Below, piece after piece: positions 10,192 to 19,175 of a stretch of DNA of 64,000 nt. The translations under genes and the position numbers were made by a program. The stretch is taken from positions 32,001-96,000 of the forward strand of contig JANQNK010000013.1 of NCBI GenBank assembly GCA_028279595.1, read 5' to 3'. Source of the DNA: Thermoplasmatota archaeon (GTDB lineage: Archaea > Thermoplasmatota > JAKEGO01). Each line of letters begins with the position of its first letter. Positions within the stretch are counted from its first letter, which is position 1. The notes below the pieces were generated by a model that worked only from the letters and a program-made list of their open reading frames with translations, had not been told where the DNA came from and ran no database searches.

Positions 10192-11931
10192 GTGATTGTC
10201 ATACACGACCTGTCAGGGGGCATACATCTGACGGTTCAAGGTATCCACGAGCACGATGTTGTGATAGTAGGTGCGGGACTCGCCGGACTCAGGGCGGCTG
10301 TCGAGGCCACCCGGGCCGGAAAGGACGTTGCCGTGATCTCCAAGGTCCATCCTCTGCGCTCCCACTCCGTCGCGGCCCAGGGCGGTATCAACGCGGCCCT
10401 GGGCAACGCTCCCGACGCCGGGGACGATCGCTGGGAGGACCATGCGTTCGACACCGTCAAGGGGTCGGACTATCTTGCAGACCAGGACGCGGTCGACATA
10501 CTGACCAGCAGGGCTCCAGAAGCGGTATACGAGATGGAGCACATGGGCACCGTCTTCTCCAGGTTCGAGGACGGGAGGATCGCCCAGCGCCCCTTCGGCG
10601 GCGCCGGTTTCCCGCGGACCTGCTACGCGGCTGACCGGACTGGCCACAACCTTCTCCACACGCTGTTCGAGCAGGCGATGGGGACCAATGGGACGTTCTA
10701 CGACGAGTTCTTCGTGACGTCACTGGTGGTCGAGGAAGGCAGGTGCGTCGGTTGCGTGGCCATGGACATCGCCACAGGTGGGCTCCAAGGTTTCTCTGCC
10801 GGAGCGGTGCTGCTTGCGACGGGCGGATACGGCCGTATCTTCAACCGGTCAACGAACGCTCTCATCAACCAGGGTGACGGTGCAGCGCTGGCCCTCGGGG
10901 CCGGAGCGCCGCTGAAGGACATGGAGTTCGTCCAGTTCCACCCGACGACCCTGTATGGAACGAACATCCTGATCACCGAGGGGGCCAGGGGAGAGGGCGG
11001 CCAGCTCTTCAACAGCGAGGGCGAGCGGTTCATGGTCAAATACGCACCGAAGGCAAAGGACCTCGCTCCCAGGGACATCGTCGCCAGGTCGATACAGACC
11101 GAGGTCGACGAGGGCCGGGGATTCGAGGGGGAGTACGTCCACCTCGACCTGACCCATCTTGGGGCAGAGAGGATAAAGGAACGCCTGCCGGGCATCAGAC
11201 AGATATCCATGGACTTCGCAGGCGTCGATCCGGTTGAAGCCCCGATGCCTGTCCAGCCGGGACAGCACTATTCCATGGGCGGGATCTCGGTGGACAACGA
11301 GTGTGCGACGCCCATTCCAGGATTGTACGCGGCCGGCGAGGCCGCCTGCGTGAGCGTGCACGGAGCGAACAGGCTCGGAGGCAACTCCCTCCTCGAGGCC
11401 GTGGTCTTCGGAAAGGTGGCCGGAACGACCCTCGGAAGGGACGGAGGCCCAGGGCTGGCACCTGACGCGGTCGGGGCTGCCGTCTCATCGGAGTCCGAGA
11501 GGATCGCGTCCTTCCTCGGTCGTGATACCGACACGAGCATGTCAGGGATCCGCGAGGAGCTGAAGAGGACGATGTTCGACGGTTTCGGTGTGTACAGGAC
11601 CGCCGAGCCGATGGATGCCGGTCTCAAGAAGGTGCGGGAATTGCGGGTACAGTGTTCTTCCGCCTCCATCACGGCAAAGGCCGGTCCGTTCAACCAGGCG
11701 CTCATCCGGGGGCTCGAGCTCGAGTTCATGCTGCTAGTCGCCGAGGCGGTCGCGATGGGTGCGGTCGAGAGGAGGGAGAGCCGCGGTTCCCACTCGCGGA
11801 AGGACTTCCCTGACCGCGATGACGAGAAATTCCTCCATCATACCATGGTCAGGATGGCAGACGGCGGACTCCAACTGTATACTGAACAGGTCCGGCTTGG
11901 CCGGTTCGAGGTAAAGGAGCGTGTGTACTGA
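10192..11931 (+). CDS. sdhA: Succinate dehydrogenase/fumarate reductase flavoprotein subunit
   Basis: GAGLAG FAD motif, [10 protein letters not shown] (covalent FAD His), [30 protein letters not shown] and ESRGSH. The true start may be CTG 10228 (see findings). Confidence 0.95.
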   Translation: MIVIHDLSGGIHLTVQGIHEHDVVIVGAGLAGLRAAVEATRAGKDVAVISKVHPLRSHSVAAQGGINAALGNAPDAGDDRWEDHAFDTVKGSDYLADQDAVDILTSRAPEAVYEMEHMGTVFSRFEDGRIAQRPFGGAGFPRTCYAADRTGHNLLHTLFEQAMGTNGTFYDEFFVTSLVVEEGRCVGCVAMDIATGGLQGFSAGAVLLATGGYGRIFNRSTNALINQGDGAALALGAGAPLKDMEFVQFHPTTLYGTNILITEGARGEGGQLFNSEGERFMVKYAPKAKDLAPRDIVARSIQTEVDEGRGFEGEYVHLDLTHLGAERIKERLPGIRQISMDFAGVDPVEAPMPVQPGQHYSMGGISVDNECATPIPGLYAAGEAACVSVHGANRLGGNSLLEAVVFGKVAGTTLGRDGGPGLAPDAVGAAVSSESERIASFLGRDTDTSMSGIREELKRTMFDGFGVYRTAEPMDAGLKKVRELRVQCSSASITAKAGPFNQALIRGLELEFMLLVAEAVAMGAVERRESRGSHSRKDFPDRDDEKFLHHTMVRMADGGLQLYTEQVRLGRFEVKERVY

Positions 11932-12710
11932 TGAGGCTCATCGTCAAGAGGTTCGACCCGGAGACCGGTATCGAGAGCTTCAACATCTTCGAGGTCGAGC
12001 AGAGGCCTGGCATGACCGTGCTCGACGCCCTCTTCGTCGTCCAGGACACGATGGACGACACGCTTTCGTTCAGGTATTCCTGCCGCGGAGCGGTATGCGG
12101 CTCCTGCGCGATGCTCATCGACAAGGTACCGAGGCTCGCGTGCCGGACCCAGATAGCAGACCTGCTCAGCGGTGAGGACGGACCGGAATTGAAGCACTAT
12201 CCGGCACTCGATCCGATCGTTCCGCTGAACAGGGCCGAGGAGATACTCATCGAGCCTCTGCCGCATCTTCCCGTCATCAAGGACCTCGTTGTTGACATGG
12301 AGGACTTCTATCGGAAGTACCGTTCGCTGCAGCCATTGTTCAGGCCGGAGGGCGAAGGGCCAGAGAAGGAGAGGCTCATGGACCCGTCGGACGTCACGAA
12401 GCTCGAGATGTTCACTAACTGCATCCTGTGCGCATCATGCTACGGTTCATGTCCGGTGGATGCCGAGGACCCCGAATACCTCGGGCCCGCGGCACTGGCG
12501 AAACTGTACCGATACCACATCGATCCCCGCGAGGGGGACGACATCTCGCGATTGCTGCTCGCACACTCTCCCGAGGGATGGTGGGCCTGCGACTTCCACG
12601 GCAACTGCCGGACCGTGTGTCCCAAGGGAGTTCCGCCGATCTTCGCTATTGGAAAGGCGAAGAAGGAGCTGGAATCTTCGGGATTCAGGGACCCGTCCGG
12701 AGGGCGCTGA
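11931..12710 (+). CDS. sdhB: Succinate dehydrogenase/fumarate reductase iron-sulfur subunit
   Basis: SCRGAVCGSCAM...C [2Fe-2S], CILCASCYGSCP and CDFHGNCRTVCP. Confidence 0.95.
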   Translation: MRLIVKRFDPETGIESFNIFEVEQRPGMTVLDALFVVQDTMDDTLSFRYSCRGAVCGSCAMLIDKVPRLACRTQIADLLSGEDGPELKHYPALDPIVPLNRAEEILIEPLPHLPVIKDLVVDMEDFYRKYRSLQPLFRPEGEGPEKERLMDPSDVTKLEMFTNCILCASCYGSCPVDAEDPEYLGPAALAKLYRYHIDPREGDDISRLLLAHSPEGWWACDFHGNCRTVCPKGVPPIFAIGKAKKELESSGFRDPSGGR

Positions 12711-12711
12711 C

Positions 12712-13203
12712 ATGAAGACGAAGGCCGAGAGGGCATATGACATCGGATACAGGTACGAGGCTGAGTACAGCTCCTGCTCCCAGTGCGTCCTCGCGGCAGT
12801 GAACGACGTCATCGGCGGTATCGACGACGAGGTCTTCAGGGCGAGCCACAGCCTCTCGGGGGGCGCAGCCTTCAGTACAAAGGGGACCTGCGGTTCCCTT
12901 TCCGGCGGTATCATGGCCATCGGTACCCGCTACGGGCGAAAGCGAGATGAGTTCGAGACCGTCAGGGATGTCCCGGCCCACGACCTGTCCAAGAGGTTGT
13001 ACGACCGTTTCATCGAGGAGTACGGGAGCCCGATATGCAGTTGCGTCCACGAACGTATCTTCGGCCGCACGTTCGACTTCTGGGACGACGAGGAGACCCA
13101 ACTGTTCCTTGACATGGGCGGGCATGAAGACAAGTGTCCAGCAGTGGTGGCGAACGTGGCCAAATGGACCGTCGAGATACTCGAGGAGACCGATACCACT
13201 TAA
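12712..13203 (+). CDS. C_GCAxxG_C_C family putative redox-active protein
   Basis: CSQCV...GTCGSLSGG...SPIC...KC pattern. ATG lies 1 nt after the sdhB stop; the ORF-track start at 12289 is over-extended. Confidence 0.85.
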   Translation: MKTKAERAYDIGYRYEAEYSSCSQCVLAAVNDVIGGIDDEVFRASHSLSGGAAFSTKGTCGSLSGGIMAIGTRYGRKRDEFETVRDVPAHDLSKRLYDRFIEEYGSPICSCVHERIFGRTFDFWDDEETQLFLDMGGHEDKCPAVVANVAKWTVEILEETDTT

Positions 13204-13270
13204 GTAGAGCCAAGCCATCATCCGTCCGGACGCTACTGGATGAGCGCGTTCTTGCAGGTGATCCGAACTG

Positions 13271-14191
13271 ATGGACTTCCCCCTGGGCGAATCGGCCGCA
13301 CTGACGACGGCCATACTCTGGACCGCATGCTCCATCTTCTTCGCCTCGGCAGGAAGGAGGATAGGTGCACTGAGCCTGAACGCATGGCGCATTCTCATGG
13401 CCGTTTGTTTCCTGGGGACCGCACACATCCTTCTCTTCGGAACGATCGTTCCCGCCGCCAATCAGGAACAGTACGGCTGGATGGCTCTGAGCGGGATCAT
13501 CGGACTGGCGATAGGGGATTTCGGTTATTTCGGATGCCTCGTCTGCATGGGTCCGCGGCGCGGTGTCCTGTTGATGTCGATGCATCCCATCTTCACGGCC
13601 ATACTCGCCTGGATATGGCTTCACGAGTACCTATCCCAGTGGACCGTCATCGGGATAGCCATGGTCCTAACTGGTGTGATCATAGCCATCCTGGAGCAAG
13701 GCCACGTCCACGACGAGCCGATCACGCGTGAAAGGTTGATGCTCGGAGGCTTCTTCGGTCTGGTAGGTTCAGCGGGCCAGGGCATCGGGATCGTTGTTGC
13801 GAAGTACGGGATGGTCGAGGCGGCAAGTCCGGGCGCGGACTCCCTGGACCCACTCTCTGCGACCCTGATCAGGATGGTCGCCGCTTGCATATTCGTCTGG
13901 CTGGCAGTGTTGGTGACGAAGAACCTGGCCTCCGTGCTCAAGGCACGCAAGGACATCTATGCCATGAAGCGTACCTTCGCCGGAGCCCTTAGTGGACCAT
14001 TCCTCGGCGTCTGGATGTCGATGATCGCTGTTACGTACGCCCTCGCCGGGGTCGCAGCCACACTGATGTCCCTCATGCCGATACTGATAATACCCGTGGT
14101 TTACGTCCTCTACAAGGAGAAGACCTCGATGCGTGGTATAATGGGAGCCGTTATCGCCTTCATCGGAGTGGCCGTCCTTTTCCTGATGTGA
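13271..14191 (+). CDS. EamA/DMT family transporter
   Basis: 306 aa, about ten TM segments in two repeats (LSGIIGLAIGD; LMSLMPIL...LYKEK). Confidence 0.9.
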   Translation: MDFPLGESAALTTAILWTACSIFFASAGRRIGALSLNAWRILMAVCFLGTAHILLFGTIVPAANQEQYGWMALSGIIGLAIGDFGYFGCLVCMGPRRGVLLMSMHPIFTAILAWIWLHEYLSQWTVIGIAMVLTGVIIAILEQGHVHDEPITRERLMLGGFFGLVGSAGQGIGIVVAKYGMVEAASPGADSLDPLSATLIRMVAACIFVWLAVLVTKNLASVLKARKDIYAMKRTFAGALSGPFLGVWMSMIAVTYALAGVAATLMSLMPILIIPVVYVLYKEKTSMRGIMGAVIAFIGVAVLFLM

Positions 14192-14263
14192 AGTTCACTT
14201 TCATTCCTCTCTCGGGATAACATAGTTAAATCATAAACGAATGAAATATCGGAGGTGCAGAGA

Positions 14264-14623
14264 ATGCCAAGAATCACGCATTTTGAGATAAGCGCAGACG
14301 ACCCCGAGGGCCTGACGAAGTTCTACGAGGAGACCTTCGGGTGGAAGTTCGAGAAGTGGGACGGCCCCATGCCCTACTGGATGATCCGGACGGGGGAGGG
14401 AGCTGGCATCGACGGTGGCCTGTCGCAAAGACAGCCAGAGACCATGGACATCAACACCATGGACGTTGACGACCTCGACGCCTACGTGGATATGGTCCAA
14501 TCGAACGGCGGGAAGATAATAATGCCCAAGATGGCCATCCCCGGGATCGGATGGTGGGCCATCTTCGAGGACACCGAGGGCAATAAGCTCGGCATGATGC
14601 AGGAAGATCCGAACGCCCAGTGA
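14264..14623 (+). CDS. VOC/glyoxalase family protein
   Basis: ITHFEISADD..KFYEETFGW, GIDGG, GGKIIMPK.IPGIG and FEDTEGN motifs; GGAGGTG RBS. Confidence 0.9.
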   Translation: MPRITHFEISADDPEGLTKFYEETFGWKFEKWDGPMPYWMIRTGEGAGIDGGLSQRQPETMDINTMDVDDLDAYVDMVQSNGGKIIMPKMAIPGIGWWAIFEDTEGNKLGMMQEDPNAQ

Positions 14624-14656
14624 GCGTATACACTATCTGTTGGTCAGTGACTAGCA

Positions 14657-14887
14657 TCAATCCCTACTGGACAGTTCGTCGGCGACGCCGATGGCGTTCT
14701 GAAGGCAGGACAGAAGATCGTTGAGTGCGTTCCTCGTTTCACCGAGGGAGCCCTCCACTCGGAAGACCATGCAGTCATCGACCATGGAACCCTCGACATA
14801 TCCCTGGTTGTCCACCTGAAGGGCTTTGAAGATCGGTCCAAGGTCCCTTCCACCGCCGGGAACGGTCAGCTGACAGAGGATCCTCAT
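14657..14887 (-). CDS. pcc1: KEOPS complex subunit Pcc1-like protein
   Basis: 76 aa with IFKALQVDN...RNALNDLLSCL, resembling Pcc1; divergent from the SRP RNA gene. Confidence 0.65.
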   Translation of the reverse strand: MRILCQLTVPGGGRDLGPIFKALQVDNQGYVEGSMVDDCMVFRVEGSLGETRNALNDLLSCLQNAIGVADELSSRD

Positions 14888-14949
14888 CTGGAATGAAATA
14901 AGGCTAAGGGTGATAAGACCTTCCATTTACTGCACGTTCTGACTCAACC

Positions 14950-14956
14950 TTTATAT
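14950..14956 (+). promoter_or_regulatory. TATA box of the SRP RNA gene
   Basis: TTTATAT about 33-39 nt upstream of helix 1. Confidence 0.6.
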
Positions 14957-14988
14957 GGCCGAGCCTTATTGCAATGACCGCGACGATA

Positions 14989-15314
14989 GGTCCAGGATAG
15001 GCGGGAAATTAGGCGTGTCCTTGCGCTTCGGCGCACCCGAAACCGTCTATATGCGGGGCTGACGTCGGGAGGCGGCGGTCCGATCGGGGCTGGAGCCTTG
15101 GTCTGACTATGAGGCATCGGCCATTGGGATCGGTGCAGGTCCTCGGGCCCATCCGGAGGGATGGGTCGTGTGCCTTCATCGTGGGGAACGGGCCAGGCCC
15201 GGAAGGGAGCAGTCCAACCATGAGCTTCCGATGCTCGGTGGGTCCCGGTGCCGAGGATGGCCAGGGACCTTACTCCATCTCTTGTCGGCCCGTCCACTCC
15301 CGGCTTCCTGGACC
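14989..15314 (+). ncRNA. ffs: Archaeal signal recognition particle (7S) RNA
   Basis: Helix 8 motif GGCCAGGCCCGGAAGGGAGCAG; helix 6 CCCATCC-GGAG-GGATGGG; terminal helix GGTCCAGGA/TCCTGGACC; Alu loop-loop complementarity TAGGCG/CGTCTA. Confidence 0.95.
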
Positions 15315-15339
15315 CGTCAAACATTAAAGGTGATCACGC

Positions 15340-16755
15340 ATGGCAAGTGGGGGCAAGAAGAAGAAGACCAAGTTGGACATGGAGACCAGGTGGATCTGGG
15401 AGAAGGTCACGCCGAAGCAGCGGACCGAGATAATGGATTTCTCCGAGGGCTACAAGTCATTCCTCGACAGGGCGAAGACCGAGAGGCTGGCGGTCGAGAC
15501 CATCATCGAACGGGCCGAGGCGAAGGGCTTCGTTCACGTCTCCGATGTCGAGAACCCGGAGCAGGGAACCAGGTTCTACATGGTAAATCGCGACAAGTGC
15601 GTCGCGCTCATAGTCCTTGGCAAGGGATCCATCGAGGAGGGAGCGAACATCGTCGCGTCCCACATCGACGCTCCGCGCCTCGACCTCAAGGGAAAGCCCC
15701 TCTACGAGGACGGCGAGACCCAGCTCGCCCTGCTCAAGACACATTACTACGGCGGAATCAAGAAGTACCAGTGGGTATCCAGGCCGCTGGCCATTCACGG
15801 CATCGTCGTCAAGGAGAACGGCACATCGGTCGAGGTCCACATGGGCGACGAGGACGGGGATCCGGTCTTCACCATTCCTGACCTGCTCCCACACCTGTGG
15901 GGAAAGACCCAGGCCAAGAAATCGATGTCCGAGGGGATCAAGGGCGAGAACCTGAACGTCCTCGTCGGAGGGATCCCCCTGAAGAAGGAGAAGAAGGACA
16001 AGGTCAAGATGGCCATCCTGTCGATGCTCCACAAGAAGTACGGCATCCTGGAGGAGGACTTCATCTCGGCGGAGCTTGAGATAGTCCCCGCCGGCAAGGC
16101 GCTCGACGTCGGGTTCGACAGGGCCTTCGTCGGAGCCTACGGACAGGACGACCGCGCCTGCGCCTACCCTCAGATGGAGGCTACCATCGGCATCAAGAAG
16201 CCGACCAGGACCTGCATCTCGCTATTCGTCGACAAGGAGGAGATCGGTTCCGACACGAACACTGGCATCAAGTCCAGGTTCATCGAGTCGGTCTTCGGTG
16301 CAATTGCCGAACTGACCGCCGAGGACACGAACAAGATCGTCAGGAACGCTCTCGAGAACACCCGCGCGATCTCGTCCGACGTGAACGCCGGCGTGAACCC
16401 GATGTTCAAGGAAGTGCATGAACCGATGAACGCCGCCCACATCGGATGCGGCATCGTCCTGACGAAGTTCACGGGGTCCGGCGGAAAGTACAGGTCGAAC
16501 GACGCCCACGCGGAGTTCGTCGCTCTCATCAGGAAGACGTTCAACCAGAAGAAGGTCTACTGGCAGGCTGCGGAACTCGGAAAGGTCGACGAGGGCGGAG
16601 GCGGAACGATCGCCATGTTCCTCGCCATGCACAACATGGACGTCATCGACGCGGGCGTACCGCTGCTCGCGATGCATTCACCGTTCGAGATATCCAGCAA
16701 GGGCGACATCTGGTCCGCCTACAAGGCGTACGGAGCGTTCTTCGGGACGAAGTAG
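15340..16755 (+). CDS. M18 family aminopeptidase (aminopeptidase I type)
   Basis: AKTER, SHIDAPRLDLK, HYYGGIKKYQW, YGQDDR, DKEEIGS, SSDV and MHSPFE motifs. Confidence 0.93.
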   Translation: MASGGKKKKTKLDMETRWIWEKVTPKQRTEIMDFSEGYKSFLDRAKTERLAVETIIERAEAKGFVHVSDVENPEQGTRFYMVNRDKCVALIVLGKGSIEEGANIVASHIDAPRLDLKGKPLYEDGETQLALLKTHYYGGIKKYQWVSRPLAIHGIVVKENGTSVEVHMGDEDGDPVFTIPDLLPHLWGKTQAKKSMSEGIKGENLNVLVGGIPLKKEKKDKVKMAILSMLHKKYGILEEDFISAELEIVPAGKALDVGFDRAFVGAYGQDDRACAYPQMEATIGIKKPTRTCISLFVDKEEIGSDTNTGIKSRFIESVFGAIAELTAEDTNKIVRNALENTRAISSDVNAGVNPMFKEVHEPMNAAHIGCGIVLTKFTGSGGKYRSNDAHAEFVALIRKTFNQKKVYWQAAELGKVDEGGGGTIAMFLAMHNMDVIDAGVPLLAMHSPFEISSKGDIWSAYKAYGAFFGTK

Positions 16756-16860
16756 ATCGACGACCTTGGGAATTCCCCGCTTTCGTCCGTTCTGAAAGCT
16801 CCCGACCCACCCATAGTTACCTATGTTGTAGTGTTACGTCCTGTTCGGTCGGGCGATCGG

Positions 16861-18330
16861 TCACTCGACCTTGTCCGGCCATTCGCCTGTCTCGAGGTAC
16901 TCCTCGATCCCTGCCGCAGCAACCCTTCCGTCGCCCATTGCGAGGATGACCGTCGCGGCACCGCGGACGATGTCGCCTCCGGAGAAGACGCCCTTCTTCG
17001 AGGTCCGTCCCTTGTCGTCGACGATTATGTTGTTCCAACGATTCAGTTCAAGTCCGGGAGTGGACTTCGTCAGCAGAGGATTCGCCGATGTTCCGACGGA
17101 CACGACCACGGCGTCCACGTCGAGGGTGAACTCGCTTCCCTCGATGGGCACAGGCCTCCTCCGACCTGAGTCGTCCGGCTCGCCGAGCTCCATCTGGATG
17201 CACTCCATCGCGCGGACCCAGCCGTTCTCGTCACCCAGGTATCGGATCGGGTTCGTGAGGTTGTGGAACTCCACGCCCTCCTCCTCGGCGTGGTGGATCT
17301 CCTCGTCCCTGGCGGGCATCTCCACACGGGAGCGCCGGTACACGAGGTAGGCGTTCTCAGCGCCAAGTCTCTTGGCCGTCCTCACTGAGTCCATCGCTAC
17401 GTTGCCGCCGCCGATGACGGCGACGTTCCTTCCCCGGTAGATCGGCGTATCGTAGGTCGGGAACTCGTAACCCTTCATCAGGTTGTTCCTCGTCAGGTAC
17501 TCGTTCGCAGAGAAGATGCCGTTCAGCGACTCCCCCTCGATGTTCATGAAGCGCGGGAGTCCCGCACCCACTCCGAGGTAGACCGCGTCGAATCCCCGCT
17601 CGTCGAGCATCTCGTCGACGGTGAATATCCTGCCGATGACGTGATTGTAGTGGAACTGCACTCCCATCTGCTTGAGGTTGTCGACCTCGTAGAAGACGAG
17701 CTCCTTCGGAAGGCGGAACTCGGGGATACCGTAGATCAGCACACCTCCGGGTTTCTGCAAGGCCTCGTACACGTGGACCTCGTGACCGCTCCTGGCGAGG
17801 TCTGCGGCCACCGTCAGTCCGGAGGGTCCGGCTCCTACGATAGCCACCTTCCTCCCGGTGGGTTCGGCGGTCTCGACAGGGAGTTTCTCACTGGAATACC
17901 GCTCCAGGTCGGCCACGAAACGCTCCAGGTGGCCGATGCCGACCGACTCCCGCTTGGCCTTTACATGCGTGCACTTCCCCTCGCACTGGATCTCCTGCGG
18001 GCAGACACGTCCGGTGACCGCCGGGAGCGCGTTGTCCTCCTTTACGATCCTCAGCGCCTCGAGGAAATCGCCCTCGACGATGGCGCTCAGGAACTCCGGG
18101 ATCTTGATCCTGACGGGGCAGCCCTGGACGCATCCCGGCACAGGACATAGAAGACAGCGTTTCGCCTCCTCCTGCGCGGTCTCGATCGAGTAACCGAGGT
18201 TGACCTCCTCGAAGTTCCTCGACCTGACGATCGCGTCCTGTTCTGTCATGGCATGCCTGGACGAGGCTATGGCCGCCTTCATCTCGTCGGGCGTCAGCCT
18301 CTTTCCGGCGTACTTGTAGATATCCTCCAT
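16861..18330 (-). CDS. nfnB: Nfn large subunit (NfnB/SudA; GltD-like FAD/NADPH and 2x[4Fe-4S] protein)
   Basis: RCLLCPVPGCVQGCP, GRVCPQEIQCE, GAGPSGL, YGIPEFRLPK, GGGNVAMD, YRRS and GDIVRGAATVILAM. Start at MEDIYK (18330); the ORF-track start is over-extended. Confidence 0.9.
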   Translation of the reverse strand: MEDIYKYAGKRLTPDEMKAAIASSRHAMTEQDAIVRSRNFEEVNLGYSIETAQEEAKRCLLCPVPGCVQGCPVRIKIPEFLSAIVEGDFLEALRIVKEDNALPAVTGRVCPQEIQCEGKCTHVKAKRESVGIGHLERFVADLERYSSEKLPVETAEPTGRKVAIVGAGPSGLTVAADLARSGHEVHVYEALQKPGGVLIYGIPEFRLPKELVFYEVDNLKQMGVQFHYNHVIGRIFTVDEMLDERGFDAVYLGVGAGLPRFMNIEGESLNGIFSANEYLTRNNLMKGYEFPTYDTPIYRGRNVAVIGGGNVAMDSVRTAKRLGAENAYLVYRRSRVEMPARDEEIHHAEEEGVEFHNLTNPIRYLGDENGWVRAMECIQMELGEPDDSGRRRPVPIEGSEFTLDVDAVVVSVGTSANPLLTKSTPGLELNRWNNIIVDDKGRTSKKGVFSGGDIVRGAATVILAMGDGRVAAAGIEEYLETGEWPDKVE

Positions 18331-18332
18331 GA

Positions 18333-19175
18333 TCACACCCCCCCGCAGTGGTCTATGTCGCATTTCTTGTGCTGATAGGCGAGCGTCTGATGCGGAACGT
18401 ACTGGGCGCTCCGTTTGAAGAGCTGCTCCCAGTCCACGTCGGCACCGTCGAACTCGGGTCCATCGACGCAGGCGAACTTGGTCTCGCCCCCGACGTCGCA
18501 GCGGCACACGCCGCACATGCCCGTGGCGTCGACCATAAGTGGGTTCAGGTAGACCTTGGACGGTATGCCGAGCTCCTTGGCCATCCTCGCATTCCGCATC
18601 ATCATGAACGTGCAGCCCATGATGTAGGCCCTGTCGAAATGCCGTCCGCCGTCGACGAGGTCCTTCATGACGGTCTGGGCCTTGCCCTTCGTTCCATGGG
18701 ACCCGTCGGATGTCGCCGTGTAGATCTCGTCGGAGTCCCTTGCGAGCACCTCCTCGTTGTAGAGGAGGTACTTGGCGCGTGCCTCGATGATGGTGACCAC
18801 GGTGTTGCCTGCCTCCTTGAGAGCCTTGACGATCGGGTAGATCGCACCGACGCCGTAGCAACCGCCGCAGACGACCACTGTGCCGTAGTTGTCGATCTCC
18901 GACTCGCGGCCCAGGGGCGCCATCATGTCGATCTCGTCACCCGCGACCTTTCGCGCGAGCTTCATCGTCGAGACGCCGACCTCGAGGAAGTAGATCGTAA
19001 CAGTTCCCGCATCCTCGTCCCAGTCGGCGATGCTGAGCGGTATCCGCTCGCTCTGTTCGTCAGGGATGACGATGGCGAAATGACCCGGTTTGCACTTCTT
19101 TGCGACGTCCGGTGCATCGATGACCATCTTGTGGACGTTCGGGACCTCCTCCTCGATCGTGATGATCCTGTTCAT
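18333..19175 (-). CDS. nfnA: Nfn small subunit (NfnA/SudB; FAD, [2Fe-2S])
   Basis: KPGHF, ERIPLSIAD, GVST, GGCYGVG and NPLMVDATGMCGVCRC...FACVDGPEFDG. Confidence 0.92.
   Translation of the reverse strand: MNRIITIEEEVPNVHKMVIDAPDVAKKCKPGHFAIVIPDEQSERIPLSIADWDEDAGTVTIYFLEVGVSTMKLARKVAGDEIDMMAPLGRESEIDNYGTVVVCGGCYGVGAIYPIVKALKEAGNTVVTIIEARAKYLLYNEEVLARDSDEIYTATSDGSHGTKGKAQTVMKDLVDGGRHFDRAYIMGCTFMMMRNARMAKELGIPSKVYLNPLMVDATGMCGVCRCDVGGETKFACVDGPEFDGADVDWEQLFKRSAQYVPHQTLAYQHKKCDIDHCGGV

Noticed and set aside
14944-15433. Short ORFs overlapping the SRP RNA
   Set aside because: Explained by the ncRNA; no protein features.
16861-18330. Glutamate synthase small subunit call
   Set aside because: No gltB nearby, and it is paired with nfnA.
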